Positions 30,402 through 40,944 of a DNA stretch of 64,000 bases are shown here, in pieces. Under the pieces are notes generated by a model that saw nothing but the letters and a program-made list of their open reading frames with translations, searched no databases and was not told where the DNA came from. Position 1 is the first letter of the stretch. Each line of letters starts with the position of its first letter. The DNA comes from an uncultured Spirochaetota bacterium (GTDB taxonomy: Bacteria; Spirochaetota; Spirochaetia; SZUA-6; Fen-1364): contig CAWGAA010000002.1 of assembly GCA_963820525.1 (NCBI GenBank), positions 492,568 to 556,567 on the forward strand, written 5' to 3'. A program made the translations under genes and the position numbers.

Positions 30402-31460
30402 ATGGCAGAGAAGATCCTCATGAAGGGAAACGAGGCCATCGGCGAGGCCGCCATCATCGCCGGATGCCGGTTCTACTTCGGCTACCCCATTACGCCGCAG
30501 AACGAACTGCCCGCCTACATGGCGCTCCGCCTTCCCCAGGTGGGAGGCACCTTCATCCAGGCGGAGAGCGAGCTGGCGGCCATCAACATGGTGTTCGGAG
30601 CTTCAGCCGCCGGCGCCAGGACCATGACATCCTCCTCCTCCCCCGGCGTGAGCCTCAAGATGGAGGGCATCTCCTATCTCTCGGGCGCTGAGCTTCCCGC
30701 CGTCGTGGTGAACATGATGCGGGGGGGACCGGGGCTGGGCAACATCGCGGGAGCCCAGGCCGACTACTTCCAGGCGGTCAAGGGCGGCGGGCACGGCGAC
30801 TACAGGTGCATCGTGCTGGCCCCCGCCACTGTGCAGGAGCTTGCAGACCTCACCATCAACGCATTCGATCTCGCGGACCGCTACCGTATGGTGGTGATAC
30901 TCCTGGGAGACGGTTTCCTCGGCCAGATGTCGGAGCCCATCGAGCTGCCGCGGGCCTCCGGTGAGAGCTTCGACAAGAGCGCGTGGGTGCTCTCCGGGGC
31001 CGAGGGACGGGATCCGCACATCATCATGTCCATGCGCTTGAACCCCGAAGACGCGCTGGAGAAGCTCAACCTCAAGCTGCAGGCGAAATACAGGGAAATA
31101 GAAGAGAGCGAGTGCCGTTGGGAGGAGCTGGAGACGGCGGATGCCGACTACCTGGTGGCGGGCTTCGGGCTGGCCGCCCGAATCTGCCGCTCGGCGGTCC
31201 ACGCCCTTCGAAAGGCGGGGATCAGGGCCGGGCTCTTCCGGCCGGTGACCGTGTGGCCGTTCCCCTCCCGCCAACTCGCCGATGCGGCGCGGGGGAAGCG
31301 CCGCGTCCTCGTCGTGGAGATGAACGCGGGCCAGATGGTCGAGGACGTCAAGCTTGCGATTGAAGGCTCGGTGCCCGTCGATTTCTTCGGCACTCTCGGC
31401 GGGGCCACGCCTCAGGTCGACGACATCGTGGAAAGGGTGAAGGGATATGCAGGTAGGTGA
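30402..31460 (+). CDS. vorB: 2-oxoacid:ferredoxin oxidoreductase alpha subunit (VorB-like)
   Basis: [34 protein letters not shown]. Confidence 0.88.
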   Translation: MAEKILMKGNEAIGEAAIIAGCRFYFGYPITPQNELPAYMALRLPQVGGTFIQAESELAAINMVFGASAAGARTMTSSSSPGVSLKMEGISYLSGAELPAVVVNMMRGGPGLGNIAGAQADYFQAVKGGGHGDYRCIVLAPATVQELADLTINAFDLADRYRMVVILLGDGFLGQMSEPIELPRASGESFDKSAWVLSGAEGRDPHIIMSMRLNPEDALEKLNLKLQAKYREIEESECRWEELETADADYLVAGFGLAARICRSAVHALRKAGIRAGLFRPVTVWPFPSRQLADAARGKRRVLVVEMNAGQMVEDVKLAIEGSVPVDFFGTLGGATPQVDDIVERVKGYAGR

Positions 31461-32202
31461 AGCGGTTGAGAAGGTCGTTTATCAGAGGCCGGAGAGCCTG
31501 ACTTCCCGTCCCACGCATTACTGCCCCGGCTGCGGGCATGGGATCATCCACAAGCTCATCGCGCAGGCCATCGACGAGCTGGGCATCCGCGAGAAGACCA
31601 TCGTCATTGCCCCCGTGGGCTGCGCCGTGCTCGCCTACAATTACATCCTGGTTGACGGCTGCGAGGCCGCCCACGGGCGGGCCCCGGCGGTGGCCACGGG
31701 CATCAAGAGGGCGGCGAAGGACAAGGTCGTCATCTCCTATCAAGGGGATGGAGACCTGCTCGCGATCGGCACCGCGGAAACCGTCCATGCGGCCAACCGC
31801 GGCGAGAAGATCACCGTGGTGTTCGTGAACAACGCCATCTACGGGATGACGGGCGGACAGATGGCGCCGACGAGCCTCAATAAGCAGAAAACAAAGACAA
31901 CCCCATACGGCAGGGACCCCTCCGACGTGGGAAGCCCGATCCGGGCGTGCGAGCTGCTCAATACACTGGAGGCTCCCGTGTTCATCGAGCGATGCGCGGT
32001 GAACAGCGTGAAGAGCGTGCTGAAGACCAAGCGCGCCATAGTCAAGGGCTTGAAAAACCAGATCGCGGGCAAGGGGTATTCCTTCATCGAGGTGCTCTCG
32101 ATGTGTCCCACGGGCTGGGGGATGACGCCGCCGGATGCCGCCCGGTGGATCGACGAGGCGATGATCCCCTACTTCCCGTTGGGGAACTTCAGAGACAGGT
32201 AG
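31447..32202 (+). CDS. 2-oxoacid:ferredoxin oxidoreductase beta (TPP-binding) subunit
   Basis: [26 protein letters not shown]. Confidence 0.92.
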   Translation: MQVGEAVEKVVYQRPESLTSRPTHYCPGCGHGIIHKLIAQAIDELGIREKTIVIAPVGCAVLAYNYILVDGCEAAHGRAPAVATGIKRAAKDKVVISYQGDGDLLAIGTAETVHAANRGEKITVVFVNNAIYGMTGGQMAPTSLNKQKTKTTPYGRDPSDVGSPIRACELLNTLEAPVFIERCAVNSVKSVLKTKRAIVKGLKNQIAGKGYSFIEVLSMCPTGWGMTPPDAARWIDEAMIPYFPLGNFRDR

Positions 32203-32213
32203 GGGAGGGCATC

Positions 32214-32750
32214 GTGTACGAGGGAATCTTCTTTGCCGGCTTCGGCGGACAGGGCGTCATCCTCGCGGGGAGGCTTCTCTGCCTCGCTGCCATGAAGGAA
32301 GGAAAGTTCGTCTCCCATATCCCTTCCTATGGCGCCGAGGTCCGCGGGGGCACGGCGAACTGCTCCGTTGTGGTATCCGACGAGCAGATCGCTTCTCCCC
32401 TGGTGGCGCATCCCAGCATCTGCGTCGTGATGAACTCCCCGTCGTTCGTCAAGTTCCAGCCCTTCGTGAAGCCGGGAGGGCTTTTCATCTACAACTCCTC
32501 CCTTATTGAGCTTGAGCCCGAGCGCGCCGACATCGAGGCGCTGCCGGTGAAGGCCAACGCCATCGCCGAGGAGATCGGCTCGTACAGGGCCGCCAACATG
32601 GTCGCCCTGGGGCTGCTCCTGAAAAAGAGGCCGGTGGCATCCCTGGAGGCCGTGCTCGCGGCCCTGGACGAAGCGGTCTCCGCCAGAAACCGCGCGCTCA
32701 ACGAGATCAACCGCAAGGCCCTCAGGAGAGGGTTCGATGGGGCAGCCTGA
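32214..32750 (+). CDS. 2-oxoacid:ferredoxin oxidoreductase gamma subunit
   Basis: AGFGGQG, SYGAEVRGGTA, NMVALG. Confidence 0.92.
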   Translation: MYEGIFFAGFGGQGVILAGRLLCLAAMKEGKFVSHIPSYGAEVRGGTANCSVVVSDEQIASPLVAHPSICVVMNSPSFVKFQPFVKPGGLFIYNSSLIELEPERADIEALPVKANAIAEEIGSYRAANMVALGLLLKKRPVASLEAVLAALDEAVSARNRALNEINRKALRRGFDGAA

Positions 32751-33435
32751 CAGGTCCCACTACAGATTCCTGTTCTGGCGCACCGACTTCGTCGGGGTCG
32801 CCATGATCCTGAGCGGCCTGTTCTTCATCCTGGTCAATTTCAGGGTAATCCCGGTAAGCGACTTCGTGCTTGCGCGCGTTCTGGGGATCCTCTTCATCAT
32901 TGGAGGGCTGATCTTCGTTTTCTTCACGGGCGCGGGCGGGTGGCTCTCCTGGTTCGTCATTCCCGCGGGGGTCCTCATCACGGGCGGGGCCACGACCCTG
33001 ATTCTCGGCGCCTCGCTGTTCATCAGCATCACCTCCGCCATCATCTGTTCCACGGGGATGGGGCTCACGTTCCTGTTCGTGTTCGTGACGCGAAAGAACA
33101 ATTGGTGGGCGTTGATCCCGGCGTGCACCTTCTTCGGCCTCGCCGGATGGGCGCTCTTGTCCAAGAGCTTTCCCTCCATCGGCTACCATCCCGTGTTCCT
33201 GATTTTCGCAGTCGGGGCCGCCTTCCTCATCATCTACCTCAACTCATTCCAGAAAGCGCAGATGCGCTGGAGCCTGTTCACCGGGACTCTCATCGTGACG
33301 GTATCGCTGGTCTACTTCCTCGTGATCCTGCTCTCCCGATGGAGCGTTCTCTGGCCGGCGGTTCTGCTTCTCATCGGCTTCCTCCTCCCCGCCGGGCTCG
33401 TGATAGCGGAGAGGCGCTTCCGAAGGAAGGAATGA
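32737..33435 (+). CDS. Multi-pass membrane protein
   Basis: About 8 hydrophobic segments with repeated W-x-IPA motifs. Confidence 0.75.
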   Translation: MGQPDRSHYRFLFWRTDFVGVAMILSGLFFILVNFRVIPVSDFVLARVLGILFIIGGLIFVFFTGAGGWLSWFVIPAGVLITGGATTLILGASLFISITSAIICSTGMGLTFLFVFVTRKNNWWALIPACTFFGLAGWALLSKSFPSIGYHPVFLIFAVGAAFLIIYLNSFQKAQMRWSLFTGTLIVTVSLVYFLVILLSRWSVLWPAVLLLIGFLLPAGLVIAERRFRRKE

Positions 33436-33546
33436 TGCCGCCGGCGCGCGGGTGATCCTCTCTCCCCGCTGCCGCTCCCCGGCACGCCAGGCTTGCAAAC
33501 AGCGCCGCGACGGGCGTATACTCGAAAGAGGAAAGGGAAAGTGCCT

Positions 33547-33900
33547 ATGGCCGAACGAAGAAAAACGAACCGCAGGGCGCTGCTCGTCACCACGATCATC
33601 AGGAAGGCCGCATCCGGCGGGTCCAAGGATTTCGAGATCATGGAGTTCCGCACCCACGACATGTGCAGTGGCGGGATCTTCATCTCCACGGAGGATCTTT
33701 CCATCTTCGACCTCGGCGAAGAGGTGGAGATCCTCGTTGACGACAACGGCACGCGCTACTACGAGGGCAAGGCCCGCGTCGTGCGCTCGGCGCGAATCTT
33801 CACCGAGGAAGGAAACCCGGTTGAAAGCGGCTTCGGGATGATGTTCATGTCTCCCGACAACGAGTTCATGGGCATGATCTCCCGAAAGCTCAAGGACTGA
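33547..33900 (+). CDS. PilZ-domain protein
   Basis: ERRKTNR (RxxxR) and DMCSGG (DxSxxG-like) motifs, ARVVR, FGMMF. Confidence 0.8.
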   Translation: MAERRKTNRRALLVTTIIRKAASGGSKDFEIMEFRTHDMCSGGIFISTEDLSIFDLGEEVEILVDDNGTRYYEGKARVVRSARIFTEEGNPVESGFGMMFMSPDNEFMGMISRKLKD

Positions 33901-33906
33901 AAGGCC

Positions 33907-35349
33907 GTGGCCGCCGACAGCGCGCCTTCCGTCAGCTTTCTGGGCGCTGCGCGCAGCGTGACCGGATCGCGATATCTCCTGCAGGCGGCCGGCAGGTGCA
34001 TTCTTGTCGACTGCGGCCTGAATCAGGAGCGCGACCAGGAAGCCCGCAACTGGGAGCCATTTACCGTCTCACCGGACGCAATCGATTGCCTCCTGCTCAC
34101 CCATGCCCACCTCGACCACTGCGGTCTGATCCCTCGTCTGGCCAAGGAAGGCTTTCGCGGGACGATCTTCAGCACGGGCCCCACCGCGGAGATCGCGCGG
34201 ATCGTGATGCTCGATTCGGCGCGCCTGCAGGTGGAGGACGTGGAAAACAAGAAGAAGCGGCACCAGCGGGAGAACAGGGAGGCGCCGCATCCCCTCGTCC
34301 CCCTGTACACGGAAGCCGACGCGGAAAAAGCGGCGTCCCTTTTCAGGACGGTCCGCTTTGGAGAGTCGGTGCGCATCGGCGACGGCATCGAGGCCGATTT
34401 CACGGAAGCGGGCCATATCCTCGGCTCCGCTTCCATCAGGGTTCGCGTGGCCGGGGGGGATGGAGGAGCCCGCCGCCGTGGCGGGCCTGAGCGGAGCATT
34501 GTTTTTTCCGGAGACATCGGAAGGTGGGACAAGCCCATCCTGAAGGACCCCAACCCCTTCGACCGGGCCGACTACCTCCTCATGGAGTCCACCTACGGGG
34601 ACAGCGTGCACGAGGGAGAAGGAGAGATCCAGTCTCGCCTGCGCGAGATCATCACCTCCACCGTGAAGGCGGGAGGCAATGTCGTGATCCCCAGCTTCGC
34701 CATCGAGCGGTCGCAGGAGGTTCTCTTCTACCTCAACAAGCTTCTCATGGCGAACGAGATTCCCCATCTCCTCGTCTTCCTCGACAGCCCCATGGCCACC
34801 CGCGTGACGGAGATCTTCGGCCGCTTCCCCGAGTTCCTCGACGCGGAGACTCTGGAGCTGATCCGCCGAAAGAGCTCCCCCTTCGACATCCCGGGGCTCA
34901 TGACGACGAGGAGCGCGGAGGATTCGAAGGCGATCAACCGCATCACGGGCAGCGTCATCATCATCGCGGGGGCAGGAATGTGCACGGGCGGCCGCATCAA
35001 GCACCACCTGGCCAGGAACATCGAGCGGCCCGAAAGCGCCATCCTCTTCGTTGGCTACCAGGCATCCGGGACGCTGGGGCGGGAGATCCAGGATGGGGCG
35101 AAAGAGGTGCGGATTCTCGGGGAAAACCACCCCGTGCGGGCCCGCGTGTTTCGCATCGGCGGCTTCTCGGCCCATGCGGACAGGAACGAGCTTCTGAGGT
35201 GGGCGGGGTATCTGAAGGCCGCTCCGCGGGGCGTGTTCATCACGCATGGCGAGCCCGAGACGGCGCAGCATTTCAGGGATTTCCTCGCCGCGGAGAAGGG
35301 CTGGGAAGTCTCGGTTCCCTCGCCGGGACAGGTCGTCCAGCTCGCCTGA
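33907..35349 (+). CDS. MBL-fold beta-CASP ribonuclease
   Basis: GAARSVTGS, THAHLDHCG, AGHILGS, FSGDIG, ESTYG, FSAHAD, HGE. Confidence 0.92.
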   Translation: MAADSAPSVSFLGAARSVTGSRYLLQAAGRCILVDCGLNQERDQEARNWEPFTVSPDAIDCLLLTHAHLDHCGLIPRLAKEGFRGTIFSTGPTAEIARIVMLDSARLQVEDVENKKKRHQRENREAPHPLVPLYTEADAEKAASLFRTVRFGESVRIGDGIEADFTEAGHILGSASIRVRVAGGDGGARRRGGPERSIVFSGDIGRWDKPILKDPNPFDRADYLLMESTYGDSVHEGEGEIQSRLREIITSTVKAGGNVVIPSFAIERSQEVLFYLNKLLMANEIPHLLVFLDSPMATRVTEIFGRFPEFLDAETLELIRRKSSPFDIPGLMTTRSAEDSKAINRITGSVIIIAGAGMCTGGRIKHHLARNIERPESAILFVGYQASGTLGREIQDGAKEVRILGENHPVRARVFRIGGFSAHADRNELLRWAGYLKAAPRGVFITHGEPETAQHFRDFLAAEKGWEVSVPSPGQVVQLA

Positions 35350-35420
35350 ATCGGGCTTCGGCCGGCGCGGCGCCGCCCTGGCCTCGGTCTAGGCCCGTGC
35401 GGCGCCGCCGTGCCCCCGCT

Positions 35421-37079
35421 CTAATAGCTGAACTCGCTTTCCCCGATGAACTCCCGAAGGATCGAAGTGGGGGGAACCCACCGCGGATGCAGGGGCGCGA
35501 AGTTCGCCAGGAACGACATGAGCGTGCGGGCGTCCTGATATTCGGGGGTGTCGGGCTTCACCGTGGCCAGGAGAGGCTCCGCGTATACCTTGAGCACGGC
35601 CAGCTCGTAGTCCAACGCCGAGTTGAAGGCAGAATCCGCCATGTTCTGGAAGGGGAAGATGTTCCTGTCCTCTCCCCGACGGACCGACGGCCACATGGAA
35701 AGGGTGGTGAGCGCGGAATGCCCGCGGAACTGGTTGTCCCTCACCAGCCGGCGCAGGAGCCTGTTATCAGTCGTTGCGATGCGGTTGTGGTCGTCGAGGT
35801 TGAGCTGGGTGAGGGCGGACACGTAGATCTTGTACTTGGTCTCCCTGTCGATCAGCGGCGTGAGCGCGTCGTTGAGACCGTGGATTCCCTCGAGGATCAG
35901 CATGGCGCGCTCGGGAAGCTTCAGCGGCTTGCCCTTGGGCTTGCGGGATCCGCTCATGAAGTCGAAGGAGGGTATCTCGACCTCCTCCCCCTTGAGAAGC
36001 GCCAGTATATGCTGGTTGAGCAGCGTGACATCGAGTGCTTCCAGTGCTTCGAAGTCGTAGTTGCCTTCCGCATCGCGGGGGGTGCGCTCCCGCTCCTGGA
36101 AGTAGTCGTCCAGCGAGATGGTCACGGGGTTCCTGCCCACGACGCGCAGCTGGATCATCAGCTTCTTGGAGAAGGTGGTCTTGCCCGACGAGGAGGGCCC
36201 CGCGATGAGAACGACGCGGACCTGCCCCCGCTTCTCCGTTATCCTGTCCGCCATCTGGGCGATCTTCTTGTCCTGGAGCGCCTCGGCCACCTGGATGAAC
36301 TCCTTGATTCTCCCCTCGCGGATGAGCTCGTTGAGGCTTCCCACGGAGCTGATTCGAAGTATCTTCCCCCAGTTCTTGTATTCCCTGTATATGGAGAACA
36401 GGACGGGGTTCTCCTCGAAGGGGGCGAGGGAGGCGGGGTCATCAGCGGGAGGGTAGCGCAGGAGGAAGCCCGGCGGATAACCTTTGATGCCGAACACGGA
36501 GAGGATCCCGGTTGAGGGCACCAGCGGCCCGTGCGTGAGGTCGAGGAATCCCTCGCAGGAGTTGAGCCGGATCCGAGGCTCGTTCAGGTTCTTCAGGAGA
36601 AGCAGGGTATCCGGCTGGTTGTTCCTCTCGAAGTAGCGCACTGCGTCGAGGTAGGAGAGAACGATGCAGCGGATGGGAAGGTCCTCGGAAGCGATCTCGC
36701 GCATCCGGCTCTCTATCTTCGCCAGGTCCCTCTCGGCCGCCTCCTCCATCCCGTCGAAGTAGTAGAAGTACCCCTGCCCGAGGGAGTGGCCGATCACGAG
36801 GCGGCGTTTCGGGAAAACCTGCCGGGCGGCCATGGACAGGAGGAAGCACAGCGATTTCCTGTAGATCGACACCCCGGCGGGTGATGCGAGGTCCACCGGG
36901 GCCAGGCTCGTGTTCACTTCCAGCTGATGCTGGAGGTTGACGACTTCACTGTTGGCCAGCATCGCCACCAGCGGAAAGCCTGTTGTCGGGAAGGCGGGAT
37001 CGGAGAGAAGCTCGCCGACGGGCGTGCCGGCACGGACCTCGCGGGCTTCTCCGGAGGGCAGGAGAACCCGGACCGTCAT
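35421..37079 (-). CDS. Nucleoside/uridine kinase with ThrRS-like N-terminal domain
   Basis: IAGPSSSGKTT, ISLDDY, LEGIHGLN; N-terminal TGS/editing-like region. Confidence 0.88.
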   Translation of the reverse strand: MTVRVLLPSGEAREVRAGTPVGELLSDPAFPTTGFPLVAMLANSEVVNLQHQLEVNTSLAPVDLASPAGVSIYRKSLCFLLSMAARQVFPKRRLVIGHSLGQGYFYYFDGMEEAAERDLAKIESRMREIASEDLPIRCIVLSYLDAVRYFERNNQPDTLLLLKNLNEPRIRLNSCEGFLDLTHGPLVPSTGILSVFGIKGYPPGFLLRYPPADDPASLAPFEENPVLFSIYREYKNWGKILRISSVGSLNELIREGRIKEFIQVAEALQDKKIAQMADRITEKRGQVRVVLIAGPSSSGKTTFSKKLMIQLRVVGRNPVTISLDDYFQERERTPRDAEGNYDFEALEALDVTLLNQHILALLKGEEVEIPSFDFMSGSRKPKGKPLKLPERAMLILEGIHGLNDALTPLIDRETKYKIYVSALTQLNLDDHNRIATTDNRLLRRLVRDNQFRGHSALTTLSMWPSVRRGEDRNIFPFQNMADSAFNSALDYELAVLKVYAEPLLATVKPDTPEYQDARTLMSFLANFAPLHPRWVPPTSILREFIGESEFSY

Positions 37080-38248
37080 AGATTGCTTTTCACCTCGCGG
37101 GCCTCTTCGCTGCCCAAAACGCGTACGATCGAGATTCCCTTGCCTTCCATTCCCTCCGAGGTCTGGATGAGGGGCTGCTCCGCCAGCCTCTTGCCCTCGG
37201 GATCGATCGTGACCTTGACCACGGGGCAGCGCGGCTTCTCGGAGTCCGCCTTGATGACCACCCCCTTGCTCTGGTTGGTGAGGAGCACCGCGGTTCCCAC
37301 CGGGTACACGGAGAGGGTATAGACGAGCGCCTTGAGCACGCGGTCGTCGTACTGCTTTCTGTTTTTCTGCAGAAGATCCTTGATGGCGGAATGGCCGTCG
37401 AGACCGGCGGCGCGGAACGGCCGCTTGGAGACGATGGCGTCATAGGAGCAGGCGACCGCGATGATGCGCGCGTACTCCGTGATCTTCTCCCCCATGAGGT
37501 TGCGCGGATAGCCGGTCCCGTCCATCCGCTCGTGGTGCTCGATGGCGGCCAGGGCCACGTTCTCCGGCGCGGAGAACCCCTTCAAGATTCTGTAGCCGAG
37601 CACCGTATGCGTGATGATCACCTTCCGCTCCTCTTCGTTGAGCTTCTTGGCGGAGCGGCGAAGCTCCGCGGGGAGCTTGAGCATCCCGATCTCGTGAAGG
37701 AGGCACGCGTTTCCCAGCTCGATCAGCCGATGGGGGGGAGCCTTGAGGTAGTCTCCGATTATCGAAGCGAGGATGGTGGAGTTGACGGAGTGGCTGACGA
37801 GGTAGTCGTCGACGCTTCCGTCCATCTCGACGGCGCGAAGCAGGTAGTCGCGCCGCTCGCGGACCATCTGAATGGTCTTCTTCACCCACTCGGTGACGGT
37901 GGCGAGATTCAGGGTCCCGTCCGCCGCGAATTGCGTGAAGAGCCCTGCCGTGAAGAGCCGCATCTCGGAATAGAACTTGCGCGCCGTTATGAGGTGCTCG
38001 CGCTCCTTGATGTCCTCGTCGAGGGTCTGGGAGGTGAGGCTCAGGTGATCCGCTCCGGAGAGATAGCTCGGGATGTCCTTGGCCTTTCCCTCCGTGAGCA
38101 CCTGGAGGTATTTCCACTTCTTCAGTCTCTTGATCAGGTCATCCGTGACGGGGGAGTCGGGTGTGAGCAGGATGTAGTTCTCGTCGAGGAATACGGGCTG
38201 ATCGAAGTAGAGGTTGGCAGACAGCGTAGAAACCGCCACTGTGTTCAT
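37076..38248 (-). CDS. HD-GYP domain protein (degenerate HD motif)
   Basis: HSVN, LLHEIG, HHERMDGTGYP, AVACSYDA. Confidence 0.88.
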   Translation of the reverse strand: MNTVAVSTLSANLYFDQPVFLDENYILLTPDSPVTDDLIKRLKKWKYLQVLTEGKAKDIPSYLSGADHLSLTSQTLDEDIKEREHLITARKFYSEMRLFTAGLFTQFAADGTLNLATVTEWVKKTIQMVRERRDYLLRAVEMDGSVDDYLVSHSVNSTILASIIGDYLKAPPHRLIELGNACLLHEIGMLKLPAELRRSAKKLNEEERKVIITHTVLGYRILKGFSAPENVALAAIEHHERMDGTGYPRNLMGEKITEYARIIAVACSYDAIVSKRPFRAAGLDGHSAIKDLLQKNRKQYDDRVLKALVYTLSVYPVGTAVLLTNQSKGVVIKADSEKPRCPVVKVTIDPEGKRLAEQPLIQTSEGMEGKGISIVRVLGSEEAREVKSNL

Positions 38249-38321
38249 TCAATTTCACTCTCTTTGGTTGACTGGCAAGGGGCATTTCCCCTACACTCAG
38301 GCTCTATTATAGGAGTTTTTG

Positions 38322-39284
38322 ATGAAATTGAAAGCGATATTCGCCCTTTTCAATGGGGTTCTGCTCGCATCATTTCTCCTGATCTTTTTCATGCCGCTGT
38401 TCCTCCTTGGCTCCGACTACTTCCTCCAGTTCTGGGCAAGCAAGAACTGGGCTATCGCCGCCGTATTCCTCATCACCCTGGGCCTTCTCAACGCGTATTT
38501 CATCATGAACTGGGGCCTGTTCAAGCACCTGGAGCGCGAGGATTGGCCGGCGCTCGTCTCGTACCTCGAGGAGCGCATCCTCGGCCGGGGCATGGTCCGG
38601 CCGATGTATGTGCGGATGATCCTCAATGCCTACCTCATCACGTCCAACACGGAAGGGATCCTCGCCCTGGAAGCGTATCTCAAGAGCAAGAAGCCGAGGC
38701 TCATCGCCAGGTACGGCCTTCAGTTCGGGATCCCATACTTGTTGATGAAAGATCCGGCGGTCTCCGAGGCCTTCTTCGCCTCTCTTTTGGCGAACGCGCG
38801 GGTTTCGGACCGGGACTGGGTGCGATGGAACCATGCCTTCAGTCTCCTCCAGCAGGGCAGGAGCGAAGATGTGAAGAGCGAGCTCGCGGGCCTGCTGGAA
38901 TCCGCGCGCGACCCCGTGCTGCGCATGCTCACCCTGTACCTGCTCGATGTATTCGGCCAAGGCGACGCCCAGGTGGGACGCCGGGTGACGGAGGGACGGG
39001 AACGCCTCACGGGAGAGCTCACGGCGGGCGAGATGAACCGGAGAATCGAAAAGTCGGGAGAGAACATGGAAGTCGTCGTGCTCTCCAAGATCGTCTCGGA
39101 TGCTCGGGATTGGCTCTATTCGCCGCGCGCCGGCGCCGCAGGGCTCCCGGCCGCGAGCGGCGCGGGCGATCCCGCATCCGCCCAGGCAGGCGCTGATGTC
39201 GGATCCGCTCCGACCGGCAGCGATGCCGGACCCGCCCCGGCCGACGATTCCGGGTCCCCGACCGGCGGCGGTCAGCCACGCTGA
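38322..39284 (+). CDS. Hypothetical membrane-anchored protein
   Basis: Two N-terminal TM helices, helical body, Pro/Ala/Gly-rich tail; upstream TTGACT/TACACT promoter-like element. Confidence 0.75.
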   Translation: MKLKAIFALFNGVLLASFLLIFFMPLFLLGSDYFLQFWASKNWAIAAVFLITLGLLNAYFIMNWGLFKHLEREDWPALVSYLEERILGRGMVRPMYVRMILNAYLITSNTEGILALEAYLKSKKPRLIARYGLQFGIPYLLMKDPAVSEAFFASLLANARVSDRDWVRWNHAFSLLQQGRSEDVKSELAGLLESARDPVLRMLTLYLLDVFGQGDAQVGRRVTEGRERLTGELTAGEMNRRIEKSGENMEVVVLSKIVSDARDWLYSPRAGAAGLPAASGAGDPASAQAGADVGSAPTGSDAGPAPADDSGSPTGGGQPR

Positions 39285-39859
39285 AACAGGTCTCGCGGCT
39301 CGTTGAGGGTCTGATAACCGATCTCGTTTCCCATGCGGATAAGGACGGGCGCCCATAGGCTCTGGGAATAGTAGAACCCCAGAGCGCACAGGATACCCAT
39401 CGCCGCGGAGCCGATCCAGACCAGGGGCTTCCGCGAAGAGACGACCGTCAGCATCGTGGAAAGGGCGGTGGAAATCACGATCGCCGTGAAAGTGCCCCAG
39501 ATCGACGTCAGGCGCGCGAAGAAAACTCCCCTGTAGAAGATCTCCTCCACGGGAACGAAGAAGAAGAGGATGAGTAGCTGGGAGAGGATGAATGTCCTGG
39601 TCAGCGTCGCCGCCGCGATGCGCGCTCCCCGGAAGTGCAGGAGCTGGACCGCCATGCACGACACCCCGACCCCCGCTCCCGTGATGAGCCCTTTCGGGGT
39701 GGGAGCCAGGAAAGCGGGAGACGAGGTGAGGATGATAGCCAGTGCGAAGGCGAGCTGCACGAACCCCACAATTGAATCGATGAACAGGTTCTTGAACGAG
39801 TAGGGCAGCGCCCACAGGTGGATCATGAAGGCGAGCGAAAGGATCAACAGGTCGAACAC
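39272..39859 (-). CDS. CPBP-family intramembrane glutamic endopeptidase-like protein
   Basis: EEIFYRG motif and multiple TMs. The usual His residues of later motifs appear to be missing. Confidence 0.72.
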   Translation of the reverse strand: MFDLLILSLAFMIHLWALPYSFKNLFIDSIVGFVQLAFALAIILTSSPAFLAPTPKGLITGAGVGVSCMAVQLLHFRGARIAAATLTRTFILSQLLILFFFVPVEEIFYRGVFFARLTSIWGTFTAIVISTALSTMLTVVSSRKPLVWIGSAAMGILCALGFYYSQSLWAPVLIRMGNEIGYQTLNEPRDLFQRG

Positions 39860-39993
39860 GAGGTTGAAGGCTAAAGGCTTGGTCTCCGGAAGTCAAGCAG
39901 ACGTTTGACGCCGCGCGAATCCTCCGTGACGGCGGAGCCGCCGGATGTTGACAGCTGTTGCGGGAGGCGGGTATCATCGCATCCACTCTCGAG

Positions 39994-40944
39994 GTGGCAG
40001 TACTGAAAACCGGCGCTCTCCTCCTGCTTTTTATGCTCCTGTCGGTGTCTGGAGCGCTTTGCCAGGAGCAAGGCTTTCCGCGGACGGTTGCCGACGATCT
40101 GGGCGGGACCCTCACGTTGCGGGAAAAGCCGCGGCGGATCGTCTCCGTCACGCTGCCCACCGACGAAATCCTCCTTTCCCTCGTGGGCAGGGGCCGGCTG
40201 GTTGCCGTGACCCCCTTCTCCCATGATCCCGGCGTCTCCAATGTCGCCTCCGAAGCATCCGACATCCCTCAGGCGACGCTGAACGTCGAGCTCATCGTCT
40301 CGCTCAAGCCCGACATGGTGTTCGTGGCTGATTGGAGCGATGCCGGGAGCGTCTCCCAGCTCAGGGGAGCCGGTGTTCCCGTCTACCTTTTCAAGAGCCC
40401 AACAACGGTGCGCGAGGTGGAAGAGAGCATTACGCGGATCGGCACGGCGGTGGGCGAGGAGACGAAGGCTTCCCTGCTTGTGCAGGGGATGGAGGGGAGG
40501 CTAGCCGCCGTAGAGCGGCTTACCGGGAAAATTCCGCACGCCAAGCGCTTCACCGTCATTGATTACGGGGCTTCGGGCATTTCGATGGGGAAGGGCTCTT
40601 CATGGGATGAAATCGTTCTCCGGGCCGGCCTTCGCAACCCCGTTGACGATCTGGCATCCGACAGGTGGGGTCAGGTGCCCGTCTCGAAAGAGGAGCTTCT
40701 CAAGCTCGACCCCGATATTCTGGTCCTCCCCGACTGGGTTTACGGAAATCCGAAGGGATCGGATTCGCTGTACGCCGCCGTGGTGGCTGATCCAGCCCTG
40801 AGGGGATTGAAAGCCGTGCGGGACGGCAGGGTGTACCGGATGCCCGCCCGCCTCATGTCGAGTACGGATCAGTACATCGTCTCTGCCGTGGAGGAGCTTT
40901 CGCGCCTGGCGTATCCCGGGCTCTTAAGGCCGGAGTCGCCGTGA
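39994..40944 (+). CDS. ABC transporter substrate-binding protein, cobalamin/Fe-siderophore type (BtuF-like; start uncertain)
   Basis: PRRIVS, TDEILL, VELIVSLKPD, LKAVRDGRVY. Confidence 0.85.
   Translation: MAVLKTGALLLLFMLLSVSGALCQEQGFPRTVADDLGGTLTLREKPRRIVSVTLPTDEILLSLVGRGRLVAVTPFSHDPGVSNVASEASDIPQATLNVELIVSLKPDMVFVADWSDAGSVSQLRGAGVPVYLFKSPTTVREVEESITRIGTAVGEETKASLLVQGMEGRLAAVERLTGKIPHAKRFTVIDYGASGISMGKGSSWDEIVLRAGLRNPVDDLASDRWGQVPVSKEELLKLDPDILVLPDWVYGNPKGSDSLYAAVVADPALRGLKAVRDGRVYRMPARLMSSTDQYIVSAVEELSRLAYPGLLRPESP

Noticed and set aside
39860-39993. Cobalamin riboswitch upstream of the Btu-like operon
   Set aside because: No B12-box was recognised, and a promoter-like TTGACA/TATCAT lies almost immediately before the start codon.
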